A stretch of DNA of 61,214 nucleotides from Chloroflexota bacterium (GCA_039933775.1 JBDTNK010000004.1:1-61214), one strand, 5' to 3'; numbered from the stretch's first letter, positions 30,188-40,227 are shown. Numbers and translations: made by a program. The notes: a model not told the origin generated them from the letters alone.

Positions 30188-30209
30188 GGGACCAATGGCC
30201 CGAATGGGC
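30188..30209. promoter_or_regulatory. candidate transcription-factor site upstream of the DnaB-like gene
   Basis: GGGAC-CAAT-GGCCC imperfect palindrome; 30192-30209 matches the reverse complement of 36377-36394 at 17/18; minus-strand TATACT at 30166-30171. Confidence 0.45.
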
Positions 30210-31318
30210 TAGTCCGGCATTGCGTCGTGCGCCGAAGTCTCGCCTTCCGGCGGCAGCACGTACGCCTGCTCGGCGCGCACCGACCACGCGATCTCCTCGC
30301 CGGGCTCATGCAGGCCGCTCGTCAACCAGTCGGGGTCCACGGCCAGCAGGACCTGCTCGCCGACCAGCAGCTCATACTCGACGAGCGGACCAAGGAACGT
30401 CCGGTGGCCGATTCGCGCGGTGAGCTCACCACTGCCGATGCGCAGCGCCTCGGGGCGCACGACGATCGTGGCATCGGCACCGACGGTCTGCCCCGGTGCC
30501 GCCGCGAGCCGCAGCCGCTGGCCCAGCGACTCCACCTCGACGATCCCATTGTCGATGCCCCTGACGTTGCCGGCGAGGAAATTGGCACGGCCGATGAAAT
30601 CGGCGACGAAGCGGGTCGCCGGGCGCCGGTACACCTCGTCGGGTGGCCCGGCCTGCTCGATCCGTCCGGCGTTCATGACGACGACGACGTCCGAGAGCGC
30701 CATCGCCTCGGACTGATCGTGCGTGACGTAGACCGAGGTGATGCCCAGCTGCTGCTGGATGCGGCGGATCTCCCCACGCAGCGAGACGCGCAGCTTGGCG
30801 TCCAGGTTCGAGAGCGGCTCATCGAAGAGCAGGACGCGCGGCTCGATGGCCATGGCGCGGGCCAGCGCCACGCGCTGCTGCTGGCCGCCGGAGAGCTCCG
30901 AGGGCCGCCGCTGGCCCAGCCCGGTGAGGTTGACGAGGGCCAGGGTGCGCTGCACCGCTTCGCTCAGCGCACGTCCCGACTGGCGCCGCAGGCGCAGGCC
31001 GTAGGCCACGTTCTCGAAGACCGACAGGTGCGGGAAGAGCGCGTACGACTGGAAGACCATGCCCATCTCGCGCTTGTCGGGCGTGCGTCGCGAGACATCG
31101 GTGCCGTCGACCAGGATGCGTCCCGAGGTCGGCGTCTCGAACCCGGCGATCATGCGCAGCGTCGTCGTCTTGCCACAGCCCGAGGGCCCGAGCAGGGTGA
31201 CGAACGAGCCGCCATCCAGCGCCAGCGAGATATCGTCGACGGCCACCACGTCGCGCGACTCCGGGCTGCGGAATCGCTTGGTGAGGCGCTCGAGGGTGAC
31301 GGTTGCCGGGACGGTCAC
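30209..31318 (-). CDS. ABC transporter ATP-binding subunit (AfuC/FbpC-like)
   Basis: GPSGCGKT, VFQSYALFPH, LSGGQQQR, LFDEPLSNLD, TOBE domain. Confidence 0.95.
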   Translation of the reverse strand: MTVPATVTLERLTKRFRSPESRDVVAVDDISLALDGGSFVTLLGPSGCGKTTTLRMIAGFETPTSGRILVDGTDVSRRTPDKREMGMVFQSYALFPHLSVFENVAYGLRLRRQSGRALSEAVQRTLALVNLTGLGQRRPSELSGGQQQRVALARAMAIEPRVLLFDEPLSNLDAKLRVSLRGEIRRIQQQLGITSVYVTHDQSEAMALSDVVVVMNAGRIEQAGPPDEVYRRPATRFVADFIGRANFLAGNVRGIDNGIVEVESLGQRLRLAAAPGQTVGADATIVVRPEALRIGSGELTARIGHRTFLGPLVEYELLVGEQVLLAVDPDWLTSGLHEPGEEIAWSVRAEQAYVLPPEGETSAHDAMPD

Positions 31319-33051
31319 GTGGAACCCATGGTCATCGGGTCGAGGGAGGTATCGGGCCTGGTTGAGGAACCGATGATGGCGTAGAGGACCCCGATGGCGA
31401 CGCCTACGATCACGATCAGGATCACGCTGTAGGCGAAGGCATTCCCGAAGCGTGCCGCGTTCGTCTCGTTGAGGATCTGCTGGGTCATGATCCGCGTCGA
31501 GGGCGTGGTCAGGAAGATCACCGCGCTGATGGCGGTCATGGATCGCGCGAACGAGTAGATGAGGCCGGTCAGCAGCGCCGGCCGGATGAGCGGGATGACG
31601 ACGCGCCGGAACGTCGTCGCCTGGTCGGCACCCAGGCTGACCGATGCCTCCTCGATGGTCGGATCGATCTGTTGCAGCGCCGCCGCCCCCGAGCGCAGAC
31701 CGCCGGGCGTCGCGCGCACCACGAAGACCAGGATGATGGCGACCGCCCCGCCCAGCAGACCGGCGTTGCCGGTGAGCTTGGGAAAGATGGCGATGCCACC
31801 GACCTCGGCGGGCGTGTTGAAGGCGATCAGGTAGCCGATGCCAAACACGGTCCCCGGCACGGCGACGCCGAGCATCGTGCCGAAATCGAGTGCTCCTCTG
31901 CCACGAAAGCGGCCCCGGATGATGAGGAACGCGACGAGCACGCCCAGCAGCCCGGCGATCGGGGTGGCCACCGCGGACAGCAGCACGGTGTCAGATACCG
32001 CTTCGAGTCCGTAGCCGAAGAGGACAAATTCGAAATTCTTCAGCGTCAGCGTGTGATCCACGCCGACGAGCTTCGTCAGCGCGCCGAGCAGGATGGTGCC
32101 GTACATCAGCACCACCAGGAGGCAGACGAGGAGCACGGCAGCGGTCAGGACCAACGCCGTCGGGCGATGCGTGAGCTCGGCGGCACGGCCCGATGGCTTG
32201 CCGGTGACCGAGATGACCGATGCGCGCTCGGCGTAGTAGCGATGCACGAAGTACACGATCAGGCTCGGGACCAGCAGCAGGATGCCCAGGACGGCACCGG
32301 CCAGCAGGTCGTACTGCCCGATGATCGCGAAGTAGAGGCGGCGGGTCAGGACCTCGTAGTTGCCGCCGAGCGCGATCGGATTGCCCAAGTCGGCGAGGGT
32401 CTCCACGAAGACGAGCAGGAACCCCGACGCCAGGCCGGGCAGCAGGAGCGGCAGCGTCACGGTGCGAAAGATTCGCCAGCGCGAGGCCCCGAGGTTCGTG
32501 GCCGCCTCGTCGAGCGCAGGGTCCAGTGCGCGCAGCAGGCCGACCAGGGTGATATAGGCGACCGGGAAGAAGCTCAGCGTCATGACCAGGGCGAGCCCGG
32601 GCAGGCCGTACAGGTCGAACTGGATGCCCAGCAGGTCGCTGGTGATGAGCCCGGAACGGCCGAATAGGATGATGGCAGCCAGGGCCAGCGCAAACGGCGG
32701 GCTGACGATGGGGACCAGCGCCATGACGTGCACGAAGCGTTTCAGCGCACGCGGCAGCGGCACGCGCACCTGGACATAGGCGAAGAGGAAGCCGATCAAC
32801 GTGCCCGCCGTCGCCACCACCAGGCCCAGCACGACGGTGTTGATCAGGATCTGCCCCTGCGGCGGGGTCAGATAGCGCTGAAAGATCGGGAACGCGTCGG
32901 TGCTCAGACTCGTGCCGATCATCGACCCGACGGGCCAGATGATCGCGATGAGCACGAAGGCAATGGCGACCGCCAGGGCGATCGCCATCGCCGGGTCGAT
33001 GGCCCGACGCCGGCCGCGAGCCGCGGCCGGCGCGGTGGCAGGCTCGTTCAT
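31315..33051 (-). CDS. ABC transporter double permease (AfuB/FbpB-like)
   Basis: About 12 TM segments, two EAA loops (LDEAATNLGA, IEEASVSLGA). Confidence 0.93.
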   Translation of the reverse strand: MNEPATAPAAARGRRRAIDPAMAIALAVAIAFVLIAIIWPVGSMIGTSLSTDAFPIFQRYLTPPQGQILINTVVLGLVVATAGTLIGFLFAYVQVRVPLPRALKRFVHVMALVPIVSPPFALALAAIILFGRSGLITSDLLGIQFDLYGLPGLALVMTLSFFPVAYITLVGLLRALDPALDEAATNLGASRWRIFRTVTLPLLLPGLASGFLLVFVETLADLGNPIALGGNYEVLTRRLYFAIIGQYDLLAGAVLGILLLVPSLIVYFVHRYYAERASVISVTGKPSGRAAELTHRPTALVLTAAVLLVCLLVVLMYGTILLGALTKLVGVDHTLTLKNFEFVLFGYGLEAVSDTVLLSAVATPIAGLLGVLVAFLIIRGRFRGRGALDFGTMLGVAVPGTVFGIGYLIAFNTPAEVGGIAIFPKLTGNAGLLGGAVAIILVFVVRATPGGLRSGAAALQQIDPTIEEASVSLGADQATTFRRVVIPLIRPALLTGLIYSFARSMTAISAVIFLTTPSTRIMTQQILNETNAARFGNAFAYSVILIVIVGVAIGVLYAIIGSSTRPDTSLDPMTMGST

Positions 33052-33058
33052 GGCAGCT

Positions 33059-33086
33059 GCGAGGTCCGCCTGGTGGCGGACCTCGC
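33059..33086. other. intercistronic hairpin between binding-protein and permease genes
   Basis: GCGAGGTCCGCC-tggt-GGCGGACCTCGC, perfect 12-bp stem. Confidence 0.7.
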
Positions 33087-33099
33087 CGCGATGGGTCCT

Positions 33100-34179
33100 C
33101 TACTCGGCTGGCTTGGCTGCCACCTCGTCCTCGAACCGAGCGGTCAGATCGGCACGCGCCTCGCCGGCGGCCTGGAAGTCGTAGTCGACCAGGTTCACGT
33201 CGTCGAGATTGACGGAGCGCTCACTGACCGCGGCATCGGGATTGGTCGGGAGCTGGAACGACGCGGTCGTTGCGCCGATCTCCTGCGCCTCGGCGGTCAG
33301 CGACCAGTCGATCCACATCTTGGCCGCCTCCGGCTCCGGGGCGTTGGCGATGAGCGCAACGCCGCCGATCTCATAGCCGGTGCCCTCCTCGGGGAACGAG
33401 ACCTCGAGGTCGGTGAAGCCCGCGTCGATGTTGCGGACGCAGTCATGGCTGAACACGACCGAGACGGCGATCTCGCCGCGTCCGGCCATCTCGGCCGGCG
33501 CAGCTCCCGAGCTGGTGTACTGCAGGATGTTCGGGTGCAGCTCGGTCATGTACTCGATCGCCTCATCCTCGCCACCGAGGCGCAGCACCTGGGTGTAGAG
33601 GGCCGTGTACGCCGTCCCCGAGCTGGCGGGATGGGCGATGGCGACCTGGCCCGCCAGGGCCGGATCGAGCAGGTCGTCCCACGAGGTGGGCACATCAACC
33701 CCGAGCTCGTCGAGGACCGCGGTGTTGGAGCAGAAACCGAGCGCACCGACGTAGACGCCGGTCCACACGCCGTCGGCGTCCTTCTGGTCAGCGGAGACCG
33801 CTTCCGCGTTCGGCGACACGTACGGCTCGATCAGCCCCTCGGCGTTGGCGGCCACGAAGCCGTCTGCCGGGCCGCCCCACCAGACGCTGAACTCGGGCGC
33901 GTCGGCTGCGGCCTGCAGCCGGGCGAAGGCCTCGCCCGATGAGAGACGGACGTAGGTGGTCTCAATGCCCGTCTCGGTCTGGAAGGCCTGGACCATGGCC
34001 TGGCACCAGTCCTCTTGCGGGGTACACAGCACGGTCAGCGATTCGGGCGTCTCTCCCCCGTCGCCATCTCCGCCTCCGCCGGTCGATGCCGCGGGCGTGG
34101 CCGAGCCGCCAGCGCTACATGCGGCGAGCAGCGCCGCGATGGAAAGCAGGGACCCGATGGTCGCCTTGCGTGTCGACAT
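33100..34179 (-). CDS. ABC substrate-binding lipoprotein, AfuA-like
   Basis: Lipobox LLAAC; LSSGE, WWGGPAD, SSGTAYT, FSHD, GYEIGG. Confidence 0.88.
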   Translation of the reverse strand: MSTRKATIGSLLSIAALLAACSAGGSATPAASTGGGGDGDGGETPESLTVLCTPQEDWCQAMVQAFQTETGIETTYVRLSSGEAFARLQAAADAPEFSVWWGGPADGFVAANAEGLIEPYVSPNAEAVSADQKDADGVWTGVYVGALGFCSNTAVLDELGVDVPTSWDDLLDPALAGQVAIAHPASSGTAYTALYTQVLRLGGEDEAIEYMTELHPNILQYTSSGAAPAEMAGRGEIAVSVVFSHDCVRNIDAGFTDLEVSFPEEGTGYEIGGVALIANAPEPEAAKMWIDWSLTAEAQEIGATTASFQLPTNPDAAVSERSVNLDDVNLVDYDFQAAGEARADLTARFEDEVAAKPAE

Positions 34180-34242
34180 TCACAACCCTCCCACGTGAAT
34201 TTCTTGTAGGTGACGTAGGCGCGGCACGGTAACACATGATGA

Positions 34243-34267
34243 GAGCCCGGCCGAGACGGCCGGGCTC
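34243..34267 (-). terminator. probable ftsH terminator hairpin
   Basis: GAGCCCGGCCG-aga-CGGCCGGGCTC, 18 nt past ftsH stop. Confidence 0.6.
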
Positions 34268-34285
34268 CATCGGTACAAGGGCGGA

Positions 34286-36256
34286 CTAGGCCGGCTGCGG
34301 TGCCGGACCCGGGCGACGACGCCGGTCGGCATCGGTCCCTTCGGCGCCCTCCGCGTCTGGCTCAGGTGCCTCCGCGGGCTCGTCGACGATGCGTCGAGGC
34401 GTCGTACTGCCACCGGCGCGCGGGGGCAGGATTCCCTCGAACAGCGACTCGAACTCTTCGGCCTCGACCGTCTCCTTCTCGATGAGCAGCGCGGCGAGCC
34501 GATCGAGGACGGCGCGCTGGGTGGTCAGCGCCTCCTTCGCGCGGCTGTAGGCGTTGTCGATGATCTCACGCACCTCGGCGTCAATCTTCGCCGCGACCTC
34601 GTCGCTGTAGTTGCGCTGCTCACTGATCTCGCGACCCAGGAAGACCATCTCCTCCTTCTTGCCGAAGGCGAGCGGACCCAGATTCTTGCTCATGCCGTAC
34701 TGGGTCACCATGGCGCGCGCCAGGCTCGTCGCCTTCTCGATGTCGTTCGACGAGCCGGTCGTCGTGTCACCGAAGACGAGCTGCTCCGACACGTTGCCAC
34801 CCAGCATGCCGGCGATCTTGTCCTCGAACTCCGTCTTGCTGTGCAGGTAGCGGTCCTCGGCGGGCAGGCTCATCGTGTAGCCGAGCGCCATGCCGCGCGA
34901 GATGATCGTCACCTTCGAGACCGGATCGCACTTGGGCAGCACCCGCTGCACGACGGCGTGACCGCCCTCGTGGTAGGCGATGATCTGCTTCTCCTCCTCG
35001 GAGATGAGCCGGCTGCGTCGCTCCGGTCCGGCGATGACGCGGTCGATCGCCTCGTTGAACTCCGACATGCCGACGCTCTTCTTGTTGCGTCGCGCGGCGA
35101 GGATCGCCGCCTCGTTGACGAGATTGGCGAGGTCGGCGCCACTGAAGCCCGGCGAGCGCCGTGCCAGCGCATCGAGGTCGACCGTCTTGTCGAGCGGCTT
35201 GCCCTTGATGTGCACGTTGAGGATCTCGCGCCGTCCTCTGATGTCGGGGCGGTCGAGCACGACCTGCCGGTCGAAGCGGCCGGGGCGCAGGAGCGCCGGG
35301 TCCAGGACATCGGGCCGGTTCGTGGCGGCGACCACGATCACGTTCGTGTTCGTGTCGAAACCGTCCATCTCCACCAGGATCTGGTTCAGGGTCTGCTCAC
35401 GCTCGTCGTGCGAGCCACCGAGGCCGGCACCGCGCTGACGGCCGACCGCGTCGATCTCGTCCACGAACACGATGCACGGCGAGTTGCGCTTGGCCTGCTC
35501 GAAGAGATCGCGCACGCGCGACGCGCCGACGCCCACGAACATCTCCACGAACTCCGAGCCGGAGATGCTGAAGAACGGCACGCCGGCCTCACCGGCCACG
35601 GCGCGTGCGAGGAGCGTCTTGCCGGTTCCGGGCGGGCCGACCAGCAGGACGCCGCGCGGGATGCGCGCGCCGAGCGAGTTGAACTTCTCGGGGTACTTCA
35701 GGAACTCGACCACCTCGGTCAGCTCCTGCTTCGCCTCGTCGACACCGGCGACGTCGTTGAAGGTGACGACCGTCTTGTTGCCAAGGAACATGCGCGCGCG
35801 GCTCTTGCCGAAGCTCATGGCCTGGTTATTTGTGCCCTGCGCCTGGCGCATCATGAAGTAGATGAAGCCACCGATGATCAGGACCGGCAGCAACGCGGTC
35901 ACGAGCAGCCCGAGCCACTGACCGGCGGCACTCTCCTCGACGGCCGAGTAGTTGAGCTGGCAGTCCGCGGGATTGCTCGACCCCGCCGCCGCGCACAGCT
36001 CCTCGCGCACGTTGATGAACTGCGAGGGCACGATGACCGTCCTGGGCTGGTCAACCTGGCCGGTGAGCGTGACGCTCAGCCGGGTGCCGTCCTGGACGAC
36101 CTTGTCGACGTTGCCATCCTTGGTATCGGTCAGGAGCTGGGTGTAGGTATAGGCCGCCTGCTGGTCTGGTTCGAGGAAGTAGGTCCACACCAGTGCCAGG
36201 CCGAATACGGCAAGGACCACCAGCACGACGCTGTTGCGAACGAGTCGGCTGCTCAA
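34286..36256 (-). CDS. ftsH: ATP-dependent zinc metalloprotease FtsH
   Basis: Two TMs, [33 protein letters not shown]. Confidence 0.98.
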   Translation of the reverse strand: MSSRLVRNSVVLVVLAVFGLALVWTYFLEPDQQAAYTYTQLLTDTKDGNVDKVVQDGTRLSVTLTGQVDQPRTVIVPSQFINVREELCAAAGSSNPADCQLNYSAVEESAAGQWLGLLVTALLPVLIIGGFIYFMMRQAQGTNNQAMSFGKSRARMFLGNKTVVTFNDVAGVDEAKQELTEVVEFLKYPEKFNSLGARIPRGVLLVGPPGTGKTLLARAVAGEAGVPFFSISGSEFVEMFVGVGASRVRDLFEQAKRNSPCIVFVDEIDAVGRQRGAGLGGSHDEREQTLNQILVEMDGFDTNTNVIVVAATNRPDVLDPALLRPGRFDRQVVLDRPDIRGRREILNVHIKGKPLDKTVDLDALARRSPGFSGADLANLVNEAAILAARRNKKSVGMSEFNEAIDRVIAGPERRSRLISEEEKQIIAYHEGGHAVVQRVLPKCDPVSKVTIISRGMALGYTMSLPAEDRYLHSKTEFEDKIAGMLGGNVSEQLVFGDTTTGSSNDIEKATSLARAMVTQYGMSKNLGPLAFGKKEEMVFLGREISEQRNYSDEVAAKIDAEVREIIDNAYSRAKEALTTQRAVLDRLAALLIEKETVEAEEFESLFEGILPPRAGGSTTPRRIVDEPAEAPEPDAEGAEGTDADRRRRPGPAPQPA

Positions 36257-36447
36257 GGTAAGTTTCTATTCGCCTCCGTATGGGGACGGCGTGCCGCCAA
36301 CTCTCGTCTTCAGCAGCCGACCTGTCGCGCGGACAGGTGGGGTGAGTATAGGTGCGGCCCATCATGCGAACAAACGGCCCATTCGGACCATTGGCGGCAT
36401 GCCATTCCGCACGTCTGCCATTGGTACGCGGCCGGTGACGGTTTGTC

Positions 36448-37407
36448 TCACCGATCGACGCGGATCCTCCGATGCAGGACCGATGCCGTGATCTTGCCGC
36501 CCAGCTCGACACGCAGCCCGCCACGCTCGCCCTCGGCGGCGTCGAGCAACGCGTCGAGGCGCTCGAGGCTGGGCGTCGGCTGGCCGATTGCGATGCGCAG
36601 CACGCGGCGCCCGAGCGCCCTCGGCGGCGGGTCGCGCCAGTCGATTTCGTCGCCATCGCGGCGTCGCGCGAGCTCCGCGGCCGCGAGCTCATCAAGCAGA
36701 GCGTCATCGGCCGCGGCGATCGCCGAGAAGCGGGCGATCGCGTCAACGGCGCCGGCGCGCAGCCTCTCCATCAGCGGCAGCAGCTCGTGACGCACGCAGT
36801 TGCGCAGGTACGCGGGATTCTCGTTCGACGGGTCGTCGCGGTACGCGACGTCGGCTGCGTCCAGCGCGGCACGCAGCGCGGCACGGCGCTCCCCGATGAG
36901 CGGCCGCACGATCCGGCCGCGGCGCTGCGGGATGCCGTGCACGCCGGCGGGTCCGGCGCCCCGCAGCAGGTTGAGGAGCACGGTCTCAGCCGCGTCGTCG
37001 GCCGTGTGCGCAGTCGCGATGCTGGCCGCCTCCTCCGCGGCGACCTCGTTGAGGAAGCGATAGCGCGCCTCGCGTCCGGCATCCTCGATCGATCGTCCCT
37101 CCGCGCGCGCCAGCGCCGCGACATCGGTCCTGCGCAGGGTGAACGGCAGGCCCAGGCGTCCTGCCGCATCCTCGACGAACGTGGCGTCGTCCGCGCTCCC
37201 AGGCCGCAACGCGTGATCCAGGTGCGCCACGGAGAGGCGCCACTGGCGGGCGCTGCTCTGCACGAGTTGCGCGGCGCCGTGCAGCAGCGCCATCGAGTCG
37301 GCGCCGCCGGAGACGGCGAGCACGAGCGCGGCGTCTGAGGGGATCCGCATCGAGTCCGCACCGTGACGGACCGCGTCGCCGAGCGGCGTCAACTGATCGA
37401 CGCGCAT
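36448..37407 (-). CDS. tilS: tRNA(Ile)-lysidine synthetase, short form
   Basis: AVSGGADSMAL, HLDHALR, EDAGREARY, TAHTADD, DDPSN, RNCVR; upstream of ftsH. Confidence 0.93.
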   Translation of the reverse strand: MRVDQLTPLGDAVRHGADSMRIPSDAALVLAVSGGADSMALLHGAAQLVQSSARQWRLSVAHLDHALRPGSADDATFVEDAAGRLGLPFTLRRTDVAALARAEGRSIEDAGREARYRFLNEVAAEEAASIATAHTADDAAETVLLNLLRGAGPAGVHGIPQRRGRIVRPLIGERRAALRAALDAADVAYRDDPSNENPAYLRNCVRHELLPLMERLRAGAVDAIARFSAIAAADDALLDELAAAELARRRDGDEIDWRDPPPRALGRRVLRIAIGQPTPSLERLDALLDAAEGERGGLRVELGGKITASVLHRRIRVDR

Positions 37408-37606
37408 GCGGCGGGTCGGCGGCGGGCGCGTGCGCGGGATGCACACATCGGCCAACATGCGGGCTGTCGGTGGCCGCCGGGTGCATCCGCCGGCAAGAAT
37501 CGGCCATCGAGGAGCCTTAAATCGCGGCAACCTGGCCGATGCGTGCGTGTGGAGCAAATCGCCGGTTGTGTACCGTTCGCGACGCGCACGTCCTTGATCA
37601 AATGGG

Positions 37607-37681
37607 TGGTAGCGGAGGGCGGATTCGAACCACCGACAAAGGGCTTATGAGTCCCCTGCTCTACCACTGAGCTACTCCGCC
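37607..37681 (-). tRNA. tRNA with CAT anticodon (elongator Met likely; Ile2 possible)
   Basis: GGCGGAG/CTCCGCT acceptor stem, GCTC/GAGC D-stem, CTCATAA loop, GTTCGAATC T-loop, encoded CCA. Confidence 0.95.
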
Positions 37682-37773
37682 GCCGATTTCGTGCTCAGTC
37701 CGAGCCGGGCGCACCGAACGAGCACGGTCCGAGGATACCGACGCTCCATGACCCCTGCAACCTCAGCCGGCTG

Positions 37774-38223
37774 TCAGCGTGCGCGGCCTTCCCTGAGCAT
37801 CTCGACCGATCGTGCCATGCGGCGCTGACGCGTCTCGTCCGTCTTCGCGCCGGTGACCTGCGACACGTGCCATCCCTTGTTGCTGTTCGAGAGCCCGTCG
37901 AACGTCTCGCGAGCCCGCGGTTCCGCGTCGAGCGCGGCGGCAAACTCCTCCGGCACCTCGACGACGCGCGGCTCCGTGTCCAGCTCGATCTCCACGTCGA
38001 TCTCGTCGCCGCCCGCCACGCCGGCACCGGCGCGATTCTCGGCGCTCACCCCGACCATGTAGACGCCGCCCATGACGGCGATCGTGTTGCGGTACGTGAA
38101 GCCGTTGATCGTGACCTTCACGGGCGGTCGTTTGCCCTGGCCGAGCGCCTCCACGACCTCGTCGGGTACGACGATGCCTGTGGCGGTCTTGTCGCCCTGG
38201 AGGAGCGCGGTGTGGAATCGCAT
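37774..38223 (-). CDS. YdeI/OmpD-associated family protein (DUF1905 + OmdA)
   Basis: GKRPPVKVTING, DTEPRVVEVP, AKTDETRQRR. Confidence 0.85.
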   Translation of the reverse strand: MRFHTALLQGDKTATGIVVPDEVVEALGQGKRPPVKVTINGFTYRNTIAVMGGVYMVGVSAENRAGAGVAGGDEIDVEIELDTEPRVVEVPEEFAAALDAEPRARETFDGLSNSNKGWHVSQVTGAKTDETRQRRMARSVEMLREGRAR

Positions 38224-38461
38224 CGGAGCCTCCGTTTCGTCAAGAGACATGATGGATGATCTGGAACAGGTTGCGATTCGGTTTCGACGCCGCTCGATGG
38301 CTGTGGCACACTGGTCGGCACGGATTGGCCGGCATCGGTCCATTCTGTGCGAACTCGATAGAGGCTGCGGAAGCCGACTCCGACGGATCAGTCCGTTGTG
38401 ACGCGCGGCCGGTCTTCACCGCTGACGCCGTCGCGAAGCGCCGGCGAGAAGGAGAAGGACC

Positions 38462-40042
38462 GTGCAGGCAGCCCAGCCGTCGACCTCGACCTCAAACGCC
38501 ATTGGCCGGACCATGCGTGCCAACCTCCCGAGCGCCGAGCTGTACGAGGAGGCGGTGCGCAACGGCGAGGGAATCATCTCCGCCCACGGCGCGCTCGTCG
38601 TCCGCACCGGCAAGCACACCGGCCGCTCCCCCCTCGACAAGTTCATCGTCGATGAGCCGACCTCGACCGACAACATCTGGTGGGGCCAGGTCAACCACGC
38701 GATCAGCGAGGAGCACTACGACCGGCTGCGGGCGCGCCTGCTCGACTACCTGTCGGAGCGCGACCTTTACAGCCAGGACTGCTACATCGGGGCGGACCCG
38801 CGGCATCAGCGCTCACTGCGCGTGACGACGGAGACCGCGTGGGCCAGCATCTTCTGCCGCAACCTGTTCCGACGGCCGCCGGCCGAGGAGCTCGCCGGCT
38901 TCGCGCCGAACTTCACGATCATCGACGCCCCCTCGTTCAAGGCCGATCCCGCGACCGAGGGGGTGCGCAGCGAGACGGCGGTCCTGCTGCACCTGCAGCG
39001 CATGGAGATCATCATCGTCGGCACCGAGTACGCCGGCGAGATCAAGAAGTCGGCCTTCACGGTCATGAACTACCTCCTGCCCGATGAAGGCGTCCTGCCG
39101 ATGCATGCATCGGTCAACGTCGGGTCGAACGAGGATCCGGCGGTCTTCTTTGGCCTCTCGGGGACCGGCAAGACGACGCTCTCCGCGGATCCGGAGCGCA
39201 GCCTGATTGGCGACGACGAGCACGGCTGGGGCGACGGCCTCTTCAACTTCGAGGGTGGCTGCTACGCCAAGACGATTCGCCTGAGCCCGATGTACGAGCC
39301 GGACATCTTCGCCACTACGCGACGCTTCGGGACCATCCTGGAGAACGTCGACCTGGATCCCGCCACGCGCGAGCTCGACCTGGACTCCGAGCGCTTCACG
39401 GAGAACACGCGCGCGGCCTACCCGCTCGAATTCATCGGAAACGTGGACCCGACCGGCATGACGACCCACCCGCGCAACGTCGTGCTGCTGACCGCCGACG
39501 CCTTCGGGATCATGCCCCCCATCAGCCGCCTGACGCGCGAACAGGCGCAGTACCACTTCATCAGCGGCTACACCGCCAAGCTGGCCGGGACCGAGATCGG
39601 TGTCACCGAGCCAAAGGCGACCTTCTCAGCGGGCTTCGGCGCGCCGTTCCTGCCGCGCCATCCCGGGGTCTATGCCCGCATGCTGGCCGAGCGGCTCGCC
39701 CAGCACGACGTGCCGGTCTGGCTCGTGAACACGGGCTGGACGGGCGGCCCATATGGCGTCGGCAAGCGGATGGGCATTGACCACACCCGCACCATGGTGC
39801 GCGCCGCGCTCAACGGGCAGCTCGCGGACGTCGCATACGAGATGGACCCCGTCTTCGGGGTCGAGGTGCCGGTAATGGTTCCCGGCGTGCCCACCGAGAT
39901 CCTGCGTCCCCGCGGCACGTGGGCCGATCCCGCGGCATACGACGCGAAGGCGCGCGAGCTGGCCGCCATGTTCGCGGCCAATTTCGCGGCGTACGCCGAC
40001 GGGCTGCCGGCCGCGGTGCGCGACGCGGGCCCGAAGACCTGA
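38462..40042 (+). CDS. pckA: phosphoenolpyruvate carboxykinase (ATP)
   Basis: TGRSPLDK, YAGEIKK, GLSGTGKTTLS, LIGDDEHGW, EGGCYAK, ENTRAAYP. Confidence 0.98.
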   Translation: MQAAQPSTSTSNAIGRTMRANLPSAELYEEAVRNGEGIISAHGALVVRTGKHTGRSPLDKFIVDEPTSTDNIWWGQVNHAISEEHYDRLRARLLDYLSERDLYSQDCYIGADPRHQRSLRVTTETAWASIFCRNLFRRPPAEELAGFAPNFTIIDAPSFKADPATEGVRSETAVLLHLQRMEIIIVGTEYAGEIKKSAFTVMNYLLPDEGVLPMHASVNVGSNEDPAVFFGLSGTGKTTLSADPERSLIGDDEHGWGDGLFNFEGGCYAKTIRLSPMYEPDIFATTRRFGTILENVDLDPATRELDLDSERFTENTRAAYPLEFIGNVDPTGMTTHPRNVVLLTADAFGIMPPISRLTREQAQYHFISGYTAKLAGTEIGVTEPKATFSAGFGAPFLPRHPGVYARMLAERLAQHDVPVWLVNTGWTGGPYGVGKRMGIDHTRTMVRAALNGQLADVAYEMDPVFGVEVPVMVPGVPTEILRPRGTWADPAAYDAKARELAAMFAANFAAYADGLPAAVRDAGPKT

Positions 40043-40056
40043 CCCGCGTCCACCCG

Positions 40057-40227
40057 CTACAGGAGCTCGACGATCAGCTCCGGCACGACCTCGCAGTGAA
40101 CCTCGCCATCCTCGTCGGAGAGGCCACACTGCCAGGCGTTGAAGCTGCGCTGATCCGAGCGCGTTCCCGCATCGGGCTCGCGCGGTGCATCGAGCACGGC
40201 GGCGTCGGACGCTCCGGCGGCGGTCAT
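40057..40227 (-). CDS. small hypothetical protein (56 aa, two Cys)
   Basis: ATG overlaps the DUF2249 stop (ATGA-type coupling); ends just before the pckA stop. Confidence 0.5.
   Translation of the reverse strand: MTAAGASDAAVLDAPREPDAGTRSDQRSFNAWQCGLSDEDGEVHCEVVPELIVELL

Noticed and set aside
37408-37700. tRNA as an island attachment site
   Set aside because: No integrase adjacent and no duplicated tRNA 3' end seen
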